A stretch of DNA of 53,115 nucleotides, from NCBI GenBank assembly GCA_903860935.1, contig CAIOSQ010000436.1, forward strand, positions 1 to 53,115. The letters are read 5' to 3'. A program made the translations under genes and the position numbers. Positions 11,729 to 21,263 of the stretch are shown one piece after another; the stretch's first letter is position 1, and the number at the start of each line of letters is the position of its first letter. Under the pieces are notes generated by a model, which was given only the letters and a program-made list of their open reading frames with translations, was not told the origin of the DNA and searched no databases. The DNA comes from an uncultured Rhodospirillales bacterium. Lineage in GTDB: Bacteria; Pseudomonadota; Alphaproteobacteria; CACIAM-22H2.

Positions 11729-12520
11729 ATGTCGATGACGGATCTCGCTGGCAAGGTCGTCTGGATCACCGGTGCGGGGAGCGGCGTCGGCGAATCGGCC
11801 GCGCTCGGCTTCGCGGCCGCGGGTGCGACGGTCGTCCTGACGGGTCGGCGCGCCGAGCCGCTCGCGGTGGTCGCCGCGCGTATCGCCGCGGCGGGTGGCC
11901 GCGCGACCTGCATGCCCGGCGACCTCGCGCGCCGACAGGTCCCCTATCGCATCGCCCAGGACATCCTGGCGGCGCATGGCCGTATCGACATCCTAGTCAA
12001 CAATGCCGGGCTCAACGTGCCCAATCGCGGCTGGAAGGATCTCGACGCCGACACGATCGCGCTGCTGGTCGACGCGAACCTCACCAGCGCGATGTTCTGC
12101 GCGCATGCGGTGCTTCCGGCGATGCGCGCGCAGGGCGACGGCATCCTGATCCATACCGCATCCGGCGCCGGGCGCTGGGTCAGCCTGCTCTCCGGTCCCG
12201 GCTATACCGCCGCGAAGCATGGCATGGTCGCGATGAGCCACCAGCTGAACATGTCGGAATGCGTGAACGGCATCCGCTCGATGGTGATCTGCCCGGGAGA
12301 GATCGCGACGCCGATCCTCAAGAACCGGCCGATCCCGCTCACGCAGCAGGAGCTCGACCGGATGCTCAAGCCCGAGGACGTCGCCGACATGATGCTCTAC
12401 TGCGCCCGCCTGCCGCGCCATGTGAACCTCAACGAGGTCGTGATGCTGCCGGCCTGGAACCGCGCCTATGTCGCCGCACTGGACAACCAGGCGCGCGAAC
12501 GGGCCGCGAAGGGCGGCTGA
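11729..12520 (+). CDS. Short-chain dehydrogenase/reductase (classical SDR)
   Basis: Internal ATG at 11729 (MSMTDLAGKVVWITGAGSGVGES = TGxxxGxG). Also has NNAG and YTAAK (YxxxK). Confidence 0.85.
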   Translation: MSMTDLAGKVVWITGAGSGVGESAALGFAAAGATVVLTGRRAEPLAVVAARIAAAGGRATCMPGDLARRQVPYRIAQDILAAHGRIDILVNNAGLNVPNRGWKDLDADTIALLVDANLTSAMFCAHAVLPAMRAQGDGILIHTASGAGRWVSLLSGPGYTAAKHGMVAMSHQLNMSECVNGIRSMVICPGEIATPILKNRPIPLTQQELDRMLKPEDVADMMLYCARLPRHVNLNEVVMLPAWNRAYVAALDNQARERAAKGG

Positions 12521-12578
12521 GCGGCGAACCACCTCCACAGGCGGGATGCCAGACACATCCTTCGTCAACGCGCTCAAG

Positions 12579-13355
12579 ATGAGGCAACCCATGCGATATG
12601 TCCTGACGATCCTCCTCTCGCTGCTGATGTCGCCTGCCTCGGCGGGAGAATTGCGGATGCTCGGAACCGGCGCGTCCCGGGCGATCATCGAGGGCATGGC
12701 GCGCCAGTTCGAGGCCGCGACCGGCCATCGGATCGCGCTGGTGACCGATACGGCGGGCGGCGGCACGCGACGCGTGCTGTCGGGCGAGGCCTATGACGTC
12801 ATCATGATCGTGCCGTCCGCGATCGACGATCTGATCGCGCGCGGCCATGTCGTCGCGGGGACGCGCCGCGACATCGCATCCGTCGGAGTCGGCGTCGGCG
12901 TGCGCGAGGGCGAGACGCGTCCGGACATCTCGACGGTCGCGGCTTTCATCGCGGCCCTGCGCGCAGCACCGCGCATTGCCTATGTCGATCCGGCGGCGGG
13001 CGGCACCAGCGGCATCTATTTCCGGAACTGGCTGGAGCGCAACGGGCTCGCGGCGGAAATGGCTCCGAAGACGCGCCTCCAGGCTGGCGGCTATGTCGCC
13101 GAGCTGGTCGCGAAGCGCGAGGCGGACCTCGTCGTCCACCAGATCAGCGAGATCCTGCCGGTCAAGGGCGTCGTGATGATCGGCCCCCTGCCCGCCGAGA
13201 TCCAGTTGACGACGACCTATTCCGCCGGTCTGTCCGCCAGCGCCCGCGATCCCGCCCTGGCACGCGCCTTCATCGACCACATGACCAGCGCGGCCGCCGG
13301 CGAGATCATCCGCGCCGCCGGCATGGAACAGCCCCGACAGGCAGCGCCGAAATGA
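12579..13355 (+). CDS. Periplasmic substrate-binding protein (ModA-like SBP_bac_11 fold), orphan
   Basis: Signal-peptide-like N-terminus MRQPMRYVLTILLSLLMSPASAGE. Layout resembles molybdate/anion-type binding proteins. No cognate permease lies adjacent on the same strand. Confidence 0.65.
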   Translation: MRQPMRYVLTILLSLLMSPASAGELRMLGTGASRAIIEGMARQFEAATGHRIALVTDTAGGGTRRVLSGEAYDVIMIVPSAIDDLIARGHVVAGTRRDIASVGVGVGVREGETRPDISTVAAFIAALRAAPRIAYVDPAAGGTSGIYFRNWLERNGLAAEMAPKTRLQAGGYVAELVAKREADLVVHQISEILPVKGVVMIGPLPAEIQLTTTYSAGLSASARDPALARAFIDHMTSAAAGEIIRAAGMEQPRQAAPK

Positions 13356-13365
13356 CCGTCCGCGC

Positions 13366-14250
13366 CTATCGCCGGTAGCGGCGCTGGACCAGGATGTTGG
13401 CGGTCGCGGTCAGCACGATCGTGGCCGCCATGAGCACGAAGGAGATGGACGCGCCGAAGGGCCAGTTGTTCTGCTGGACGAACTGGTTGTAGACGAGCGG
13501 CCCCATCATCACGAAACGCGGCCCGCCGAGCAGGACCGGCGTGGCATAGGCGTTCATCGCCAGGATGAAGGTCAGGATCGACCCCGCGAGCAGACCGGGC
13601 AGGGCCAGCGGAAGAAGTACGCGACGCGCCATGTGATAGGGGTTCGCGCCGAGGCTGAACGCCGCTTCCTCGACGGCGCGGTCGATGCCCTCGATCACGC
13701 TCTGCAGCGTCAGGACCATGAAGGGCAGGTTGACCGCGATGATGCCGATCGTGACCACGACCTCGGTGTACATGATCTCCAGCGGCGCATCGATCAGGCC
13801 GATCCGCATCAGCAGCGAATTGACCACGCCCTTGCTGCCGAACAACGCCATCCAGCCGGCCGCGCGTACCGCGTTGCCGACGAAAAGCGGCAGGACGACA
13901 AGCATGATGAACAAGTTCTTGCGTTGCGACTGCATGCGCGCGAGCACATAGGCCAACGGAAACCCGAGCAGCAGGCAGACCAGCGTGCAGGTGACGGCCA
14001 CGCGCAACGTGCGCGCGAGCACGGTCGTGTAATACGGGTCGGAGAAAAAGCGCAGGTAGTTCGCGGCCGTGAAGGCCTCGATCATCTGCTTGTACGGCCC
14101 GACATCGTTGAGGCTGTAGCGGAACAGGATCGCGATCGGAACGAGCAGACCGGCGGCGACGAAGATCGTCGCCGGACCGATCAGCGCGCCAGCCGTCAGG
14201 ACCTGATCGCGCGCCTCGCGGCGTTCGGATGCGGAAAGTGTCGTGGCCAT
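13366..14250 (-). CDS. ABC transporter permease (PotB-like)
   Basis: 294-aa polytopic membrane protein with an EAA-type loop (VEEAAFSLGANPYHMARRVLLPLALPG). Confidence 0.85.
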   Translation of the reverse strand: MATTLSASERREARDQVLTAGALIGPATIFVAAGLLVPIAILFRYSLNDVGPYKQMIEAFTAANYLRFFSDPYYTTVLARTLRVAVTCTLVCLLLGFPLAYVLARMQSQRKNLFIMLVVLPLFVGNAVRAAGWMALFGSKGVVNSLLMRIGLIDAPLEIMYTEVVVTIGIIAVNLPFMVLTLQSVIEGIDRAVEEAAFSLGANPYHMARRVLLPLALPGLLAGSILTFILAMNAYATPVLLGGPRFVMMGPLVYNQFVQQNNWPFGASISFVLMAATIVLTATANILVQRRYRR

Positions 14251-14314
14251 GGGGTGCTCGACACGGGGGATCCGGACGGTGCCGGATCCCCCTTTGCCAG
14301 CGTCGGAGACGGGA

Positions 14315-15355
14315 TCAGGCCTTGAAGACCTTGTCCCACCACTCCTTCATCGCCGCGTCGTTCTTGGCGATATAGCCATAGTCGAGATCGACGAGGCGCT
14401 TCTGCTCCTCGGCCGTGAAGCCGATGCGTGCGTTGAGGTCGGCCGCGACGTTCGCGTTGTTCACGGTCGCGTTGTAGCCCATGTCGACCGCGAAATTCTC
14501 CTGCGCGCCCTTCTCCAGCATCGCATTGAGGAAGACATGCGCGCCGGACTTGTTCGGGGCGTTCTTCGGGATGCAGAAGCCGGAGATGTAGAACGGCACG
14601 CCCTCGGACGGGGCCGCGGAGTCGACGGAGATGCCCGCGTTCTGCCACTGGACGACGCGCGCCTTCCACATGATGCCGCTGTGGATCTCCTCGCTCTTGA
14701 GCGCCGCCGCGAAGGCCTCGTTGGTCGGATAGATGCGCGCGCCGGCCTTCTTGGCGGCCAGCAGCACTTCCTTGCCCGGCTCGAAATTCGAGACCGAGCC
14801 GCCATTGGCGAGCGCCGCCGCGAGCATGACGAACTGGTACTGGATGTCGATGAAGCCGAGCTTGTTGCCGTGCTTCGGATCCATCGACTCGCGGAAGCTC
14901 TTCGGCGCCGCGACCAGCTTCGGATTGTAGACCGCGACCTTGGCGGAATAGATGTGGCCGATCCCGTAGCTGTACTTCATCGCCGGGAGCAGGTTCGCGC
15001 CGTTGGGGATCTGAGCGTAGTCGATCGGCGCGAGCAGACCGGCCTGCTGCATCTCGAACATCTGCGCCGCCGAGAGCGCCTGGATGTCGGAGGTGCCGCG
15101 CGGCAGGCGCGCTTCGGCCTGCATCTTGGCGCGACGCGGACCGTCGGCGGCCTCGTCATAGACCACCTCGACGCCCTTGGACTTGAGGAACGGCGTGTCG
15201 ATGTTCTTCTGGATCAAGCGGCTGTAGTCGCCGCCCCAGGTGCCGACGACGACACGCTGCTGCTGGGCCTGCGCGACGCCACCCAGGGAAGCCGCGCCGA
15301 TCGCGGCGGTGCCGGCCGCGAGGGCCTGGCGGCGGGTGAGACTGGAACCGGTCAT
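14315..15355 (-). CDS. ABC transporter periplasmic substrate-binding protein (PotD/PotF-like) with Tat-type signal
   Basis: N-terminus MTGSSLTRRQALAAGTAAIGAASLGGVAQA, followed by a soluble alpha/beta protein. It sits in an operon with the permeases and ATPase. Confidence 0.8.
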   Translation of the reverse strand: MTGSSLTRRQALAAGTAAIGAASLGGVAQAQQQRVVVGTWGGDYSRLIQKNIDTPFLKSKGVEVVYDEAADGPRRAKMQAEARLPRGTSDIQALSAAQMFEMQQAGLLAPIDYAQIPNGANLLPAMKYSYGIGHIYSAKVAVYNPKLVAAPKSFRESMDPKHGNKLGFIDIQYQFVMLAAALANGGSVSNFEPGKEVLLAAKKAGARIYPTNEAFAAALKSEEIHSGIMWKARVVQWQNAGISVDSAAPSEGVPFYISGFCIPKNAPNKSGAHVFLNAMLEKGAQENFAVDMGYNATVNNANVAADLNARIGFTAEEQKRLVDLDYGYIAKNDAAMKEWWDKVFKA

Positions 15356-15405
15356 GAAGTCCTCCTTTTCGTTCCGGCCTCGCCGATGCGGGCCGGTCTT
15401 TGCGT

Positions 15406-16476
15406 TCAGGCCGCCGCGCCGGCGTCCTGGGTGAAGATACGTCCCGCGTCGGCGCTCCAGCCGACATGGACGCGCGCGCCGACCGCGGGCGCCATGCCGT
15501 CCTGGCGGTTCGCCATCTGCACGGTGACGCGATCGGTGTCGGAGAGGCGCACGCGCAGATCGAGCACGGCACCAAGATAGGAGACGAATTCGACGGTCCC
15601 CGGAAGATCGTTGTCGAGCCCGAGCGGCGCCGTCCCGAGCGCGACGCGCTCTGGTCGCAGCGCCATCACCGCCGGCCCGGCCGCGCTTCCAACGGCGCAG
15701 CGCAGCCGCAGACCGCCTGCGGTCACGAAGGCTCCCTGGCCCTCCGCCCGCCCCTCGAGGAAAGTGCTGCGTCCGACGAAACCAGCCACGAAACGATCGG
15801 CCGGGCGCTCGTCGAGATCGCGCTGGGTCCCGATCTGACGCACCTCGCCTTCCGACATCACGACCAGCCGGTCGGCGACGGTCAGGGCCTCCTCCTGATC
15901 ATGGGTCACCATCACGGTGGTCAGGCCGAGCTGGCGCTGCAATTCGCGGATCTCGACCCGTACCTCCTCGCGGAGCTTGGCGTCGAGATTGGACAGCGGC
16001 TCGTCGAGCAGCAGGACATCCGGCCGGATGGCGAGGGCACGCGCCAGCGCCACGCGCTGCTGCTGGCCACCCGAGAGCTGGCGCGGCAGGCGCTCGCCGA
16101 GATGGCCCAGCCGCACCATCCGCAGTGCCTCGGCGACCCGTGGCGCGATGTCGTCGCGCCCGACCTTGCGCATCTCGAGACCGAAGGCGACGTTCTGCGC
16201 GACCGTCAGATGCGGAAAAAGCGCGTAGCTCTGGAACACCAGCCCGGTATTGCGCTTCCACGGCGGCAGGTCTGTGACATCCGTGTCGCCGATGCGGATG
16301 GCGCCGCCGCTGGGCGTCACGAACCCCGCGATCATCCGCAGCGTCGTCGTCTTGCCGCAGCCGGACGGCCCGAGCAGGACAAGGAACTCGCCATCGGCGA
16401 TATCCAGGGACACCTCGCGCACGGCCTGGAAATCACCGTAGAGTTTAGAAAGGGAAGCGATTTCGAGGCGCGCCAT
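15406..16476 (-). CDS. ABC transporter ATP-binding protein (PotA-like)
   Basis: Internal ATG at 16476 (MARLEIASLSKLYGDF...). Walker A GPSGCGKTT, signature LSGGQQQRVALARAL, Walker B LLLDEPLS. Its ATG overlaps the stop of the upstream permease. Confidence 0.92.
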   Translation of the reverse strand: MARLEIASLSKLYGDFQAVREVSLDIADGEFLVLLGPSGCGKTTTLRMIAGFVTPSGGAIRIGDTDVTDLPPWKRNTGLVFQSYALFPHLTVAQNVAFGLEMRKVGRDDIAPRVAEALRMVRLGHLGERLPRQLSGGQQQRVALARALAIRPDVLLLDEPLSNLDAKLREEVRVEIRELQRQLGLTTVMVTHDQEEALTVADRLVVMSEGEVRQIGTQRDLDERPADRFVAGFVGRSTFLEGRAEGQGAFVTAGGLRLRCAVGSAAGPAVMALRPERVALGTAPLGLDNDLPGTVEFVSYLGAVLDLRVRLSDTDRVTVQMANRQDGMAPAVGARVHVGWSADAGRIFTQDAGAAA

Positions 16477-17297
16477 CACACCACCCGGGCGAGCTTGACA
16501 TAGCGGTCGGTGACGAGCATCGCCGCCGCGATCAGCGCGATCTGCATCACCGATACCGCGGCGATGGTCGGATCGAGCCGCCATTCGAGATATTGGAGGA
16601 TGGCGATCGGCAGCGTCGTCATCCCCGGCGCGATCAGGAACAGGCTCATCTCCAGATTGCCGAAGGAGGTGACGAAACCGAACAGCGCGCCCGCCACGAT
16701 GCCCGGGCGGATCGACGGCAGGGTGATCCGGAAGAAGGCCGTCCACGGCCCCGCCCCGAGATTGAGCGCCGCCTCCTCGATCGAGCGGTCGAAGCCCGCG
16801 AGGCTGGCGCCGATCAGCCGCACCACCCATGGGATGACGATCAGCGCATGGCCCGCGATCAGGCCTGGGACCGAGCCCAGGATCGGCCATTCGGTCGCGA
16901 TCTCGGCCTCGACCTGGAAGACGTAGATGGCCGTGCCGAGGACCACGCCGGGAACGACCAGCGGCATGAGGAGGAACTGGTTCAGCGCGCCGCGACCCGG
17001 GAAACCGCGCCGCGCGAGGGCCAGCGCGGCCGGGACCCCGAGTGCGACGCCGAGCGCCGTCGCGGCGATGCCGACCTGGAGACTGGTCAGGAAACCGCCG
17101 ACGAATTTCGGCTGGGCGAGTGCCGCGCCGAACCACGCGAAGGTGTAGCCCTCGGGCGGAAAGGTCGGGATCTCCTGGCTCCAGAAGGCGAGCCAAGTCA
17201 CCGAAACCAGCGGCACGAGCAGATACGCCATCGCGATGCACGCGACGGCGTTCAACGCCCAGCGCCCGAGGCGCCTCGTGTCGACGGCGAAGCCCAC
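16476..17297 (-). CDS. ABC transporter permease (PotC-like)
   Basis: 273-aa membrane protein with the EAA loop IEEAALNLGAGPWTAFFRITLPSIRPG. Confidence 0.85.
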   Translation of the reverse strand: MGFAVDTRRLGRWALNAVACIAMAYLLVPLVSVTWLAFWSQEIPTFPPEGYTFAWFGAALAQPKFVGGFLTSLQVGIAATALGVALGVPAALALARRGFPGRGALNQFLLMPLVVPGVVLGTAIYVFQVEAEIATEWPILGSVPGLIAGHALIVIPWVVRLIGASLAGFDRSIEEAALNLGAGPWTAFFRITLPSIRPGIVAGALFGFVTSFGNLEMSLFLIAPGMTTLPIAILQYLEWRLDPTIAAVSVMQIALIAAAMLVTDRYVKLARVV

Positions 17298-17302
17298 GCG
17301 GA

Positions 17303-18538
17303 TCAGACCAGCGCGTTCTTGAAGAAGCGCCCGCCCTGCATGATCGCCGGGATATGCGCGCCCTGATCCTGGAACAGGCCCAGATCCTTGACCGGATTCC
17401 CGTCGACGACGATCAGGTCAGCGAACGCGCCGGGCGCGACGCAGCCCAGCTTGCCTTCCATCCGCACCACCTCGGCGCCGACAAGCGTCGCCTGGCGGAT
17501 GATCTCGATCGGCGAGAGCACCTCGCTGCGCAGCAGGAACTCGCGGCTCTGGTCGATCATCAACTGGCCGAGCAGGTCGCTGCCATAGCCGACCTTGACG
17601 CCGGCGCGCTTGCAGATCTCCAGCGACTTCAGGCCGCCATCGATCACCATGTCGTTCTTGGCCAGCATGTCCGCGCCCATGCCGAATTCATTGGCGCGCT
17701 CCTTCATCGCGTAATAGGCGACGAGGTTGGCGACGAGATAGGCACCCTTCTTGGCCATCAGTTTCGCCGACGGCATGTCGATCAGGTTGCCGTGTTCGAT
17801 CGTCCGCACGCCCTGCATGACAGCGCGCTGGATCGCCACCGGCGTATAGGCATGGGCCTGGGTGTATTTGCCGAAGGCATCGGCCTCTTCCACTGCGGCG
17901 GCGATCTCGTCCAGCGAATACTGCCGGGAATCGAGCGGGTCGTAGGGCGACGCGACGCCGCCGGAGACCATGATCTTGATCTGGTCGGCGCCCAGCCGGA
18001 TCTGCTCGCGCGCCGCCTTGCGCACGGCATCGGCGCCGTCGGCGATCTCCATGCAATAGGTCATGGCGTTGCAGCATTTGCAGGACGCGCCCGTGTCGGT
18101 GCGCCGGCGCGAATCGCTGTGGCCACCGGTCGGCCCGATGGCGCGGCCCGCGATGAACAGGCGCGGGCCAGGGATGAGGCCGCTTTCGACCGCGATCTTG
18201 ATGCCCCAGTCGGCACCGCCGGTGTCGCGCACGGTCGTGAAACCGCGATTGAGCATGCCGCGCATGATCCCGGCCGAATGCGCCGTCATCAGCGTGAGCG
18301 GCATGTCCTCGAGTCGGCGGATATAGACCTCCGACAGGAAGACGTGGACGTGGCAGTCGATCAGCCCCGGCATCAGCGTGCGCTTGCCGCAATCGATCAC
18401 CTGGGCGTCCCGAGCCTTGATCGGCTTGGGGGACACCTCGCGGATCGTGTCGCCCTCGACCAGCACCTCGTAGCCGCCGCGCGGGGCGTCCCAATGCGGG
18501 TCAAGAAGCTGGAGATTGCGGAACAGCAACTGGCCCAT
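17303..18538 (-). CDS. Metal-dependent amidohydrolase family protein
   Basis: 411 aa. Contains PGLIDCHVHV (the HxH metal motif), KIMVSGG, AHAYT and GYGSDL. It is the first gene of the ABC transporter operon. Confidence 0.85.
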   Translation of the reverse strand: MGQLLFRNLQLLDPHWDAPRGGYEVLVEGDTIREVSPKPIKARDAQVIDCGKRTLMPGLIDCHVHVFLSEVYIRRLEDMPLTLMTAHSAGIMRGMLNRGFTTVRDTGGADWGIKIAVESGLIPGPRLFIAGRAIGPTGGHSDSRRRTDTGASCKCCNAMTYCMEIADGADAVRKAAREQIRLGADQIKIMVSGGVASPYDPLDSRQYSLDEIAAAVEEADAFGKYTQAHAYTPVAIQRAVMQGVRTIEHGNLIDMPSAKLMAKKGAYLVANLVAYYAMKERANEFGMGADMLAKNDMVIDGGLKSLEICKRAGVKVGYGSDLLGQLMIDQSREFLLRSEVLSPIEIIRQATLVGAEVVRMEGKLGCVAPGAFADLIVVDGNPVKDLGLFQDQGAHIPAIMQGGRFFKNALV

Positions 18539-18569
18539 GTCGAAGGCTCCCTGGATTTATCCGACCAAG

Positions 18570-19718
18570 CTACGCCGACGCGGCGTCGGGCCGCAACGCC
18601 GGCGACGCCCATTCCGCGCTCACGGCCGCGTCGGGTTCATCCGCGGCATGGGCGGCGCGCAACTCCGCGAAGGCCGCAGGAGCCAACAGGCACGACAGGG
18701 CCCATACCGCCATCGCGCGCACCAGCGGCGAGGCGTCGGCAAGCCGCGCGCGCGCGGCGGCGGCGAGCGCGGGGTCGCCGGAATTGCCGATCGCGACGAG
18801 AACGTTGCGCACGAACCGGTCGCGACCGGTGCGCTTCACCGGCGTTCCCGCGAAAAGCCGCCTGAACCCCGCGTCGTCGAGCGCAGCGAGCGTCGCGAGG
18901 TCGGGCGCCTCCAGCTCGGCGCGCGCCGCAAGCACCCCGTCGCGCGCCGCGCGCGCGAACTTGTTCCACGGGCAGACCGCGAGACAATCGTCGCAGCCGA
19001 AGACGCGGTTGCCGATCGCGCGCCGGAACTCGGGCGCGATGTGTCCCTTGTGTTCGATGGTGAGGTACGCGATGCAGCGCCGCGCATCGAGGCGGTAGGG
19101 CGCGGGAAATGCGTCGGTCGGGCAGATGTCGAGACACCGCGTGCAGGTTCCGCAGCGATCGGCATGCGGCGCGTCTGGCTCCAGCGCCAGCGTGGTGAAG
19201 ATCGCGCCGAGGAAGAGCCAGGATCCGTGCTCCGCCGACACGAGGTTGGTGTGCTTGCCCTGCCAGCCGATCCCGGCGGCCGCCGCGAGCGGCTTTTCCA
19301 TCACCGGCGCGGTGTCCACGAACACCTTCACGGCGCCGCCGTGGCGCGACTGCATCCATCCGGCGAGCAGCTTCAGGCGCCCTTTCACCACATCGTGATA
19401 GTCGCGCCGCCGGGCATAGGCGGACACGATGCCGCGGTCACGCCGCGCAAGCAAAGCCATCGGATCGCCATCGGGCGCGTAGTCGACCCCGAGCATCACG
19501 ATGCTCCGCGCCTCCGGCCACAGGACGCGCGGATCGGCACGGCGATCGGCATTCGCCGCCATCCAGTCCATGCCGGCGTGATGACCGGCGGCGAGGAAAT
19601 CAGCGAGCCGGGAAGACTGGTGCGGCACCGGCTCGACCCGCGCGATCCCCACGGCGTCGAAGCCCAGGGCCGCGGCCCGTTCACGGATCGCCGCCGCGTC
19701 CGCAAGACCATCGCTCAT
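18570..19718 (-). CDS. queG: Epoxyqueuosine reductase
   Basis: 382 aa. Contains [21 protein letters not shown], the ferredoxin clusters [13 protein letters not shown] and [11 protein letters not shown], and a HEAT-like C-terminus. Confidence 0.88.
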   Translation of the reverse strand: MSDGLADAAAIRERAAALGFDAVGIARVEPVPHQSSRLADFLAAGHHAGMDWMAANADRRADPRVLWPEARSIVMLGVDYAPDGDPMALLARRDRGIVSAYARRRDYHDVVKGRLKLLAGWMQSRHGGAVKVFVDTAPVMEKPLAAAAGIGWQGKHTNLVSAEHGSWLFLGAIFTTLALEPDAPHADRCGTCTRCLDICPTDAFPAPYRLDARRCIAYLTIEHKGHIAPEFRRAIGNRVFGCDDCLAVCPWNKFARAARDGVLAARAELEAPDLATLAALDDAGFRRLFAGTPVKRTGRDRFVRNVLVAIGNSGDPALAAAARARLADASPLVRAMAVWALSCLLAPAAFAELRAAHAADEPDAAVSAEWASPALRPDAASA

Positions 19719-19796
19719 CGCGCCGCCCTTGCCATGGCGCCATCCTGGACCCGATCATCCCGGACGGATCCGCGTTGCGGACAGGCTGGAGCCCCC

Positions 19797-21263
19797 ATGG
19801 CCATGGACGATGCCATCGTATTCTTCCTCGACGACAGGCTGTGCAGGATCGACGGCATCGATCCTAACACGACCGTTCTCGAATGGCTGCGCGGCGCCGC
19901 CGGGCGGCGCGGCACGAAAGAAGGCTGCGCCGAGGGCGATTGCGGCGCCTGCACCATCGTGGTCGGCACGCCCGACGCGGCCGGCGGATTGTCCTGCCAT
20001 GCGGTCAATGCGTGCATCCAGCCGATCGCGACCCTGGACGGATGCGAGGCGTTCACCGTCGAGAGCCTGCGCGACGACACCGGCGCGCTGCATCCCGCCC
20101 AGGCCGCGATGGTCGAATGCCATGGCTCGCAATGCGGTTTCTGCACGCCTGGGTTCGTGATGAGCCTCTATGCGCTGCTCCACGACGGAACCCCCGCTGG
20201 CGACGAGCCGACGCGCCGCGCGCTGGCCGGAAATCTCTGCCGTTGTACAGGCTATCGCCCGATCCTGGACGCGGCCGCGCGCATGCGCGAGTTGCCGGGC
20301 ACCGGCCGCGATTTCACCGCCGGCATCCCGGCGCGCCGCGCGCGGCTCGACGCGCTGGCCCGGGCGCGAGGCCTGCGCCATCAAGGCGGCGGGCGCAGCT
20401 GGTACGCGCCGCGCAACCTCGCCGAACTCGACGCGGCCATCGCCGAGGCGCCGGAGGCCGTGTTCGTCGCGGGTGCCACCGATCTCGGCCTCGAGATCAC
20501 CAAGACACATCGCCGCTTCGATGCCCTGATCCATCTCGGCAGCGTCGCCGAACTGCAGGGCATCCGGGATGCGGGATCGCATCTCGACATCGGCGCCGGC
20601 GTATCCTGGCGCGACGCGCATGCCGCGCTCGCGGCCCTCTGGCCCGGCATGGACGAGTTGATCGCGCGCTTCGCCGGGCTGCAGATCCGCAACGTCGCGA
20701 CCATCGGCGGCAATCTCGCGAATGCCTCGCCGATCGGCGACGGGGCGCCCGCGCTTCTGGCACTCGACGCGACGCTCGACCTCTGGCGTGCCGGGCGCCG
20801 CCGCTCCGTGGCGCTGTCCGATTTCTTCCTCGGCTATCGCCGCACTGCGCTGCAGCCCGGCGAGATCGTGGCCCGCATCCGCATCCCGAAGCCTGGCGCA
20901 GGCACGCGCTTCGCCGCCTACAAGGTCGCCAAGCGGCATGACTCCGACATTTCCGCGGTCTGCGCCTGTTTCGCCGTGGAGCTCGGCGCAGATGGCCGCA
21001 TCGCCGCCTGCCGCATCGCCTATGGCGGGATGGCCGCCGTGCCGCTGCGGTTGCATGGTGTCGAGACGCTCGCGACCGGACGCACATGGGACGAGGCGCT
21101 CGACGAGGACATGGTCGAGGCGCTGGCGGGCGCAATGGATCCGATCGACGACCTGCGCGCCTCCGCGGCGTACAGGCGCATGGTCGCCTCAGGGCTCTGG
21201 CTGCGTTTCGCGGCCGAGCACCGCGATGCCGCGCCGCTGTCGGAGACCCGCGTCCATGGATGA
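19797..21263 (+). CDS. xdhA: Xanthine dehydrogenase small subunit (2Fe-2S + FAD-binding)
   Basis: Internal ATG at 19797 (MAMDDAIVFFLDDRLCRIDG...). Contains CAEGDCGACT, CHGSQCGFCTPG and CRCTGYRPI, followed by an FAD-binding domain. Confidence 0.9.
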   Translation: MAMDDAIVFFLDDRLCRIDGIDPNTTVLEWLRGAAGRRGTKEGCAEGDCGACTIVVGTPDAAGGLSCHAVNACIQPIATLDGCEAFTVESLRDDTGALHPAQAAMVECHGSQCGFCTPGFVMSLYALLHDGTPAGDEPTRRALAGNLCRCTGYRPILDAAARMRELPGTGRDFTAGIPARRARLDALARARGLRHQGGGRSWYAPRNLAELDAAIAEAPEAVFVAGATDLGLEITKTHRRFDALIHLGSVAELQGIRDAGSHLDIGAGVSWRDAHAALAALWPGMDELIARFAGLQIRNVATIGGNLANASPIGDGAPALLALDATLDLWRAGRRRSVALSDFFLGYRRTALQPGEIVARIRIPKPGAGTRFAAYKVAKRHDSDISAVCACFAVELGADGRIAACRIAYGGMAAVPLRLHGVETLATGRTWDEALDEDMVEALAGAMDPIDDLRASAAYRRMVASGLWLRFAAEHRDAAPLSETRVHG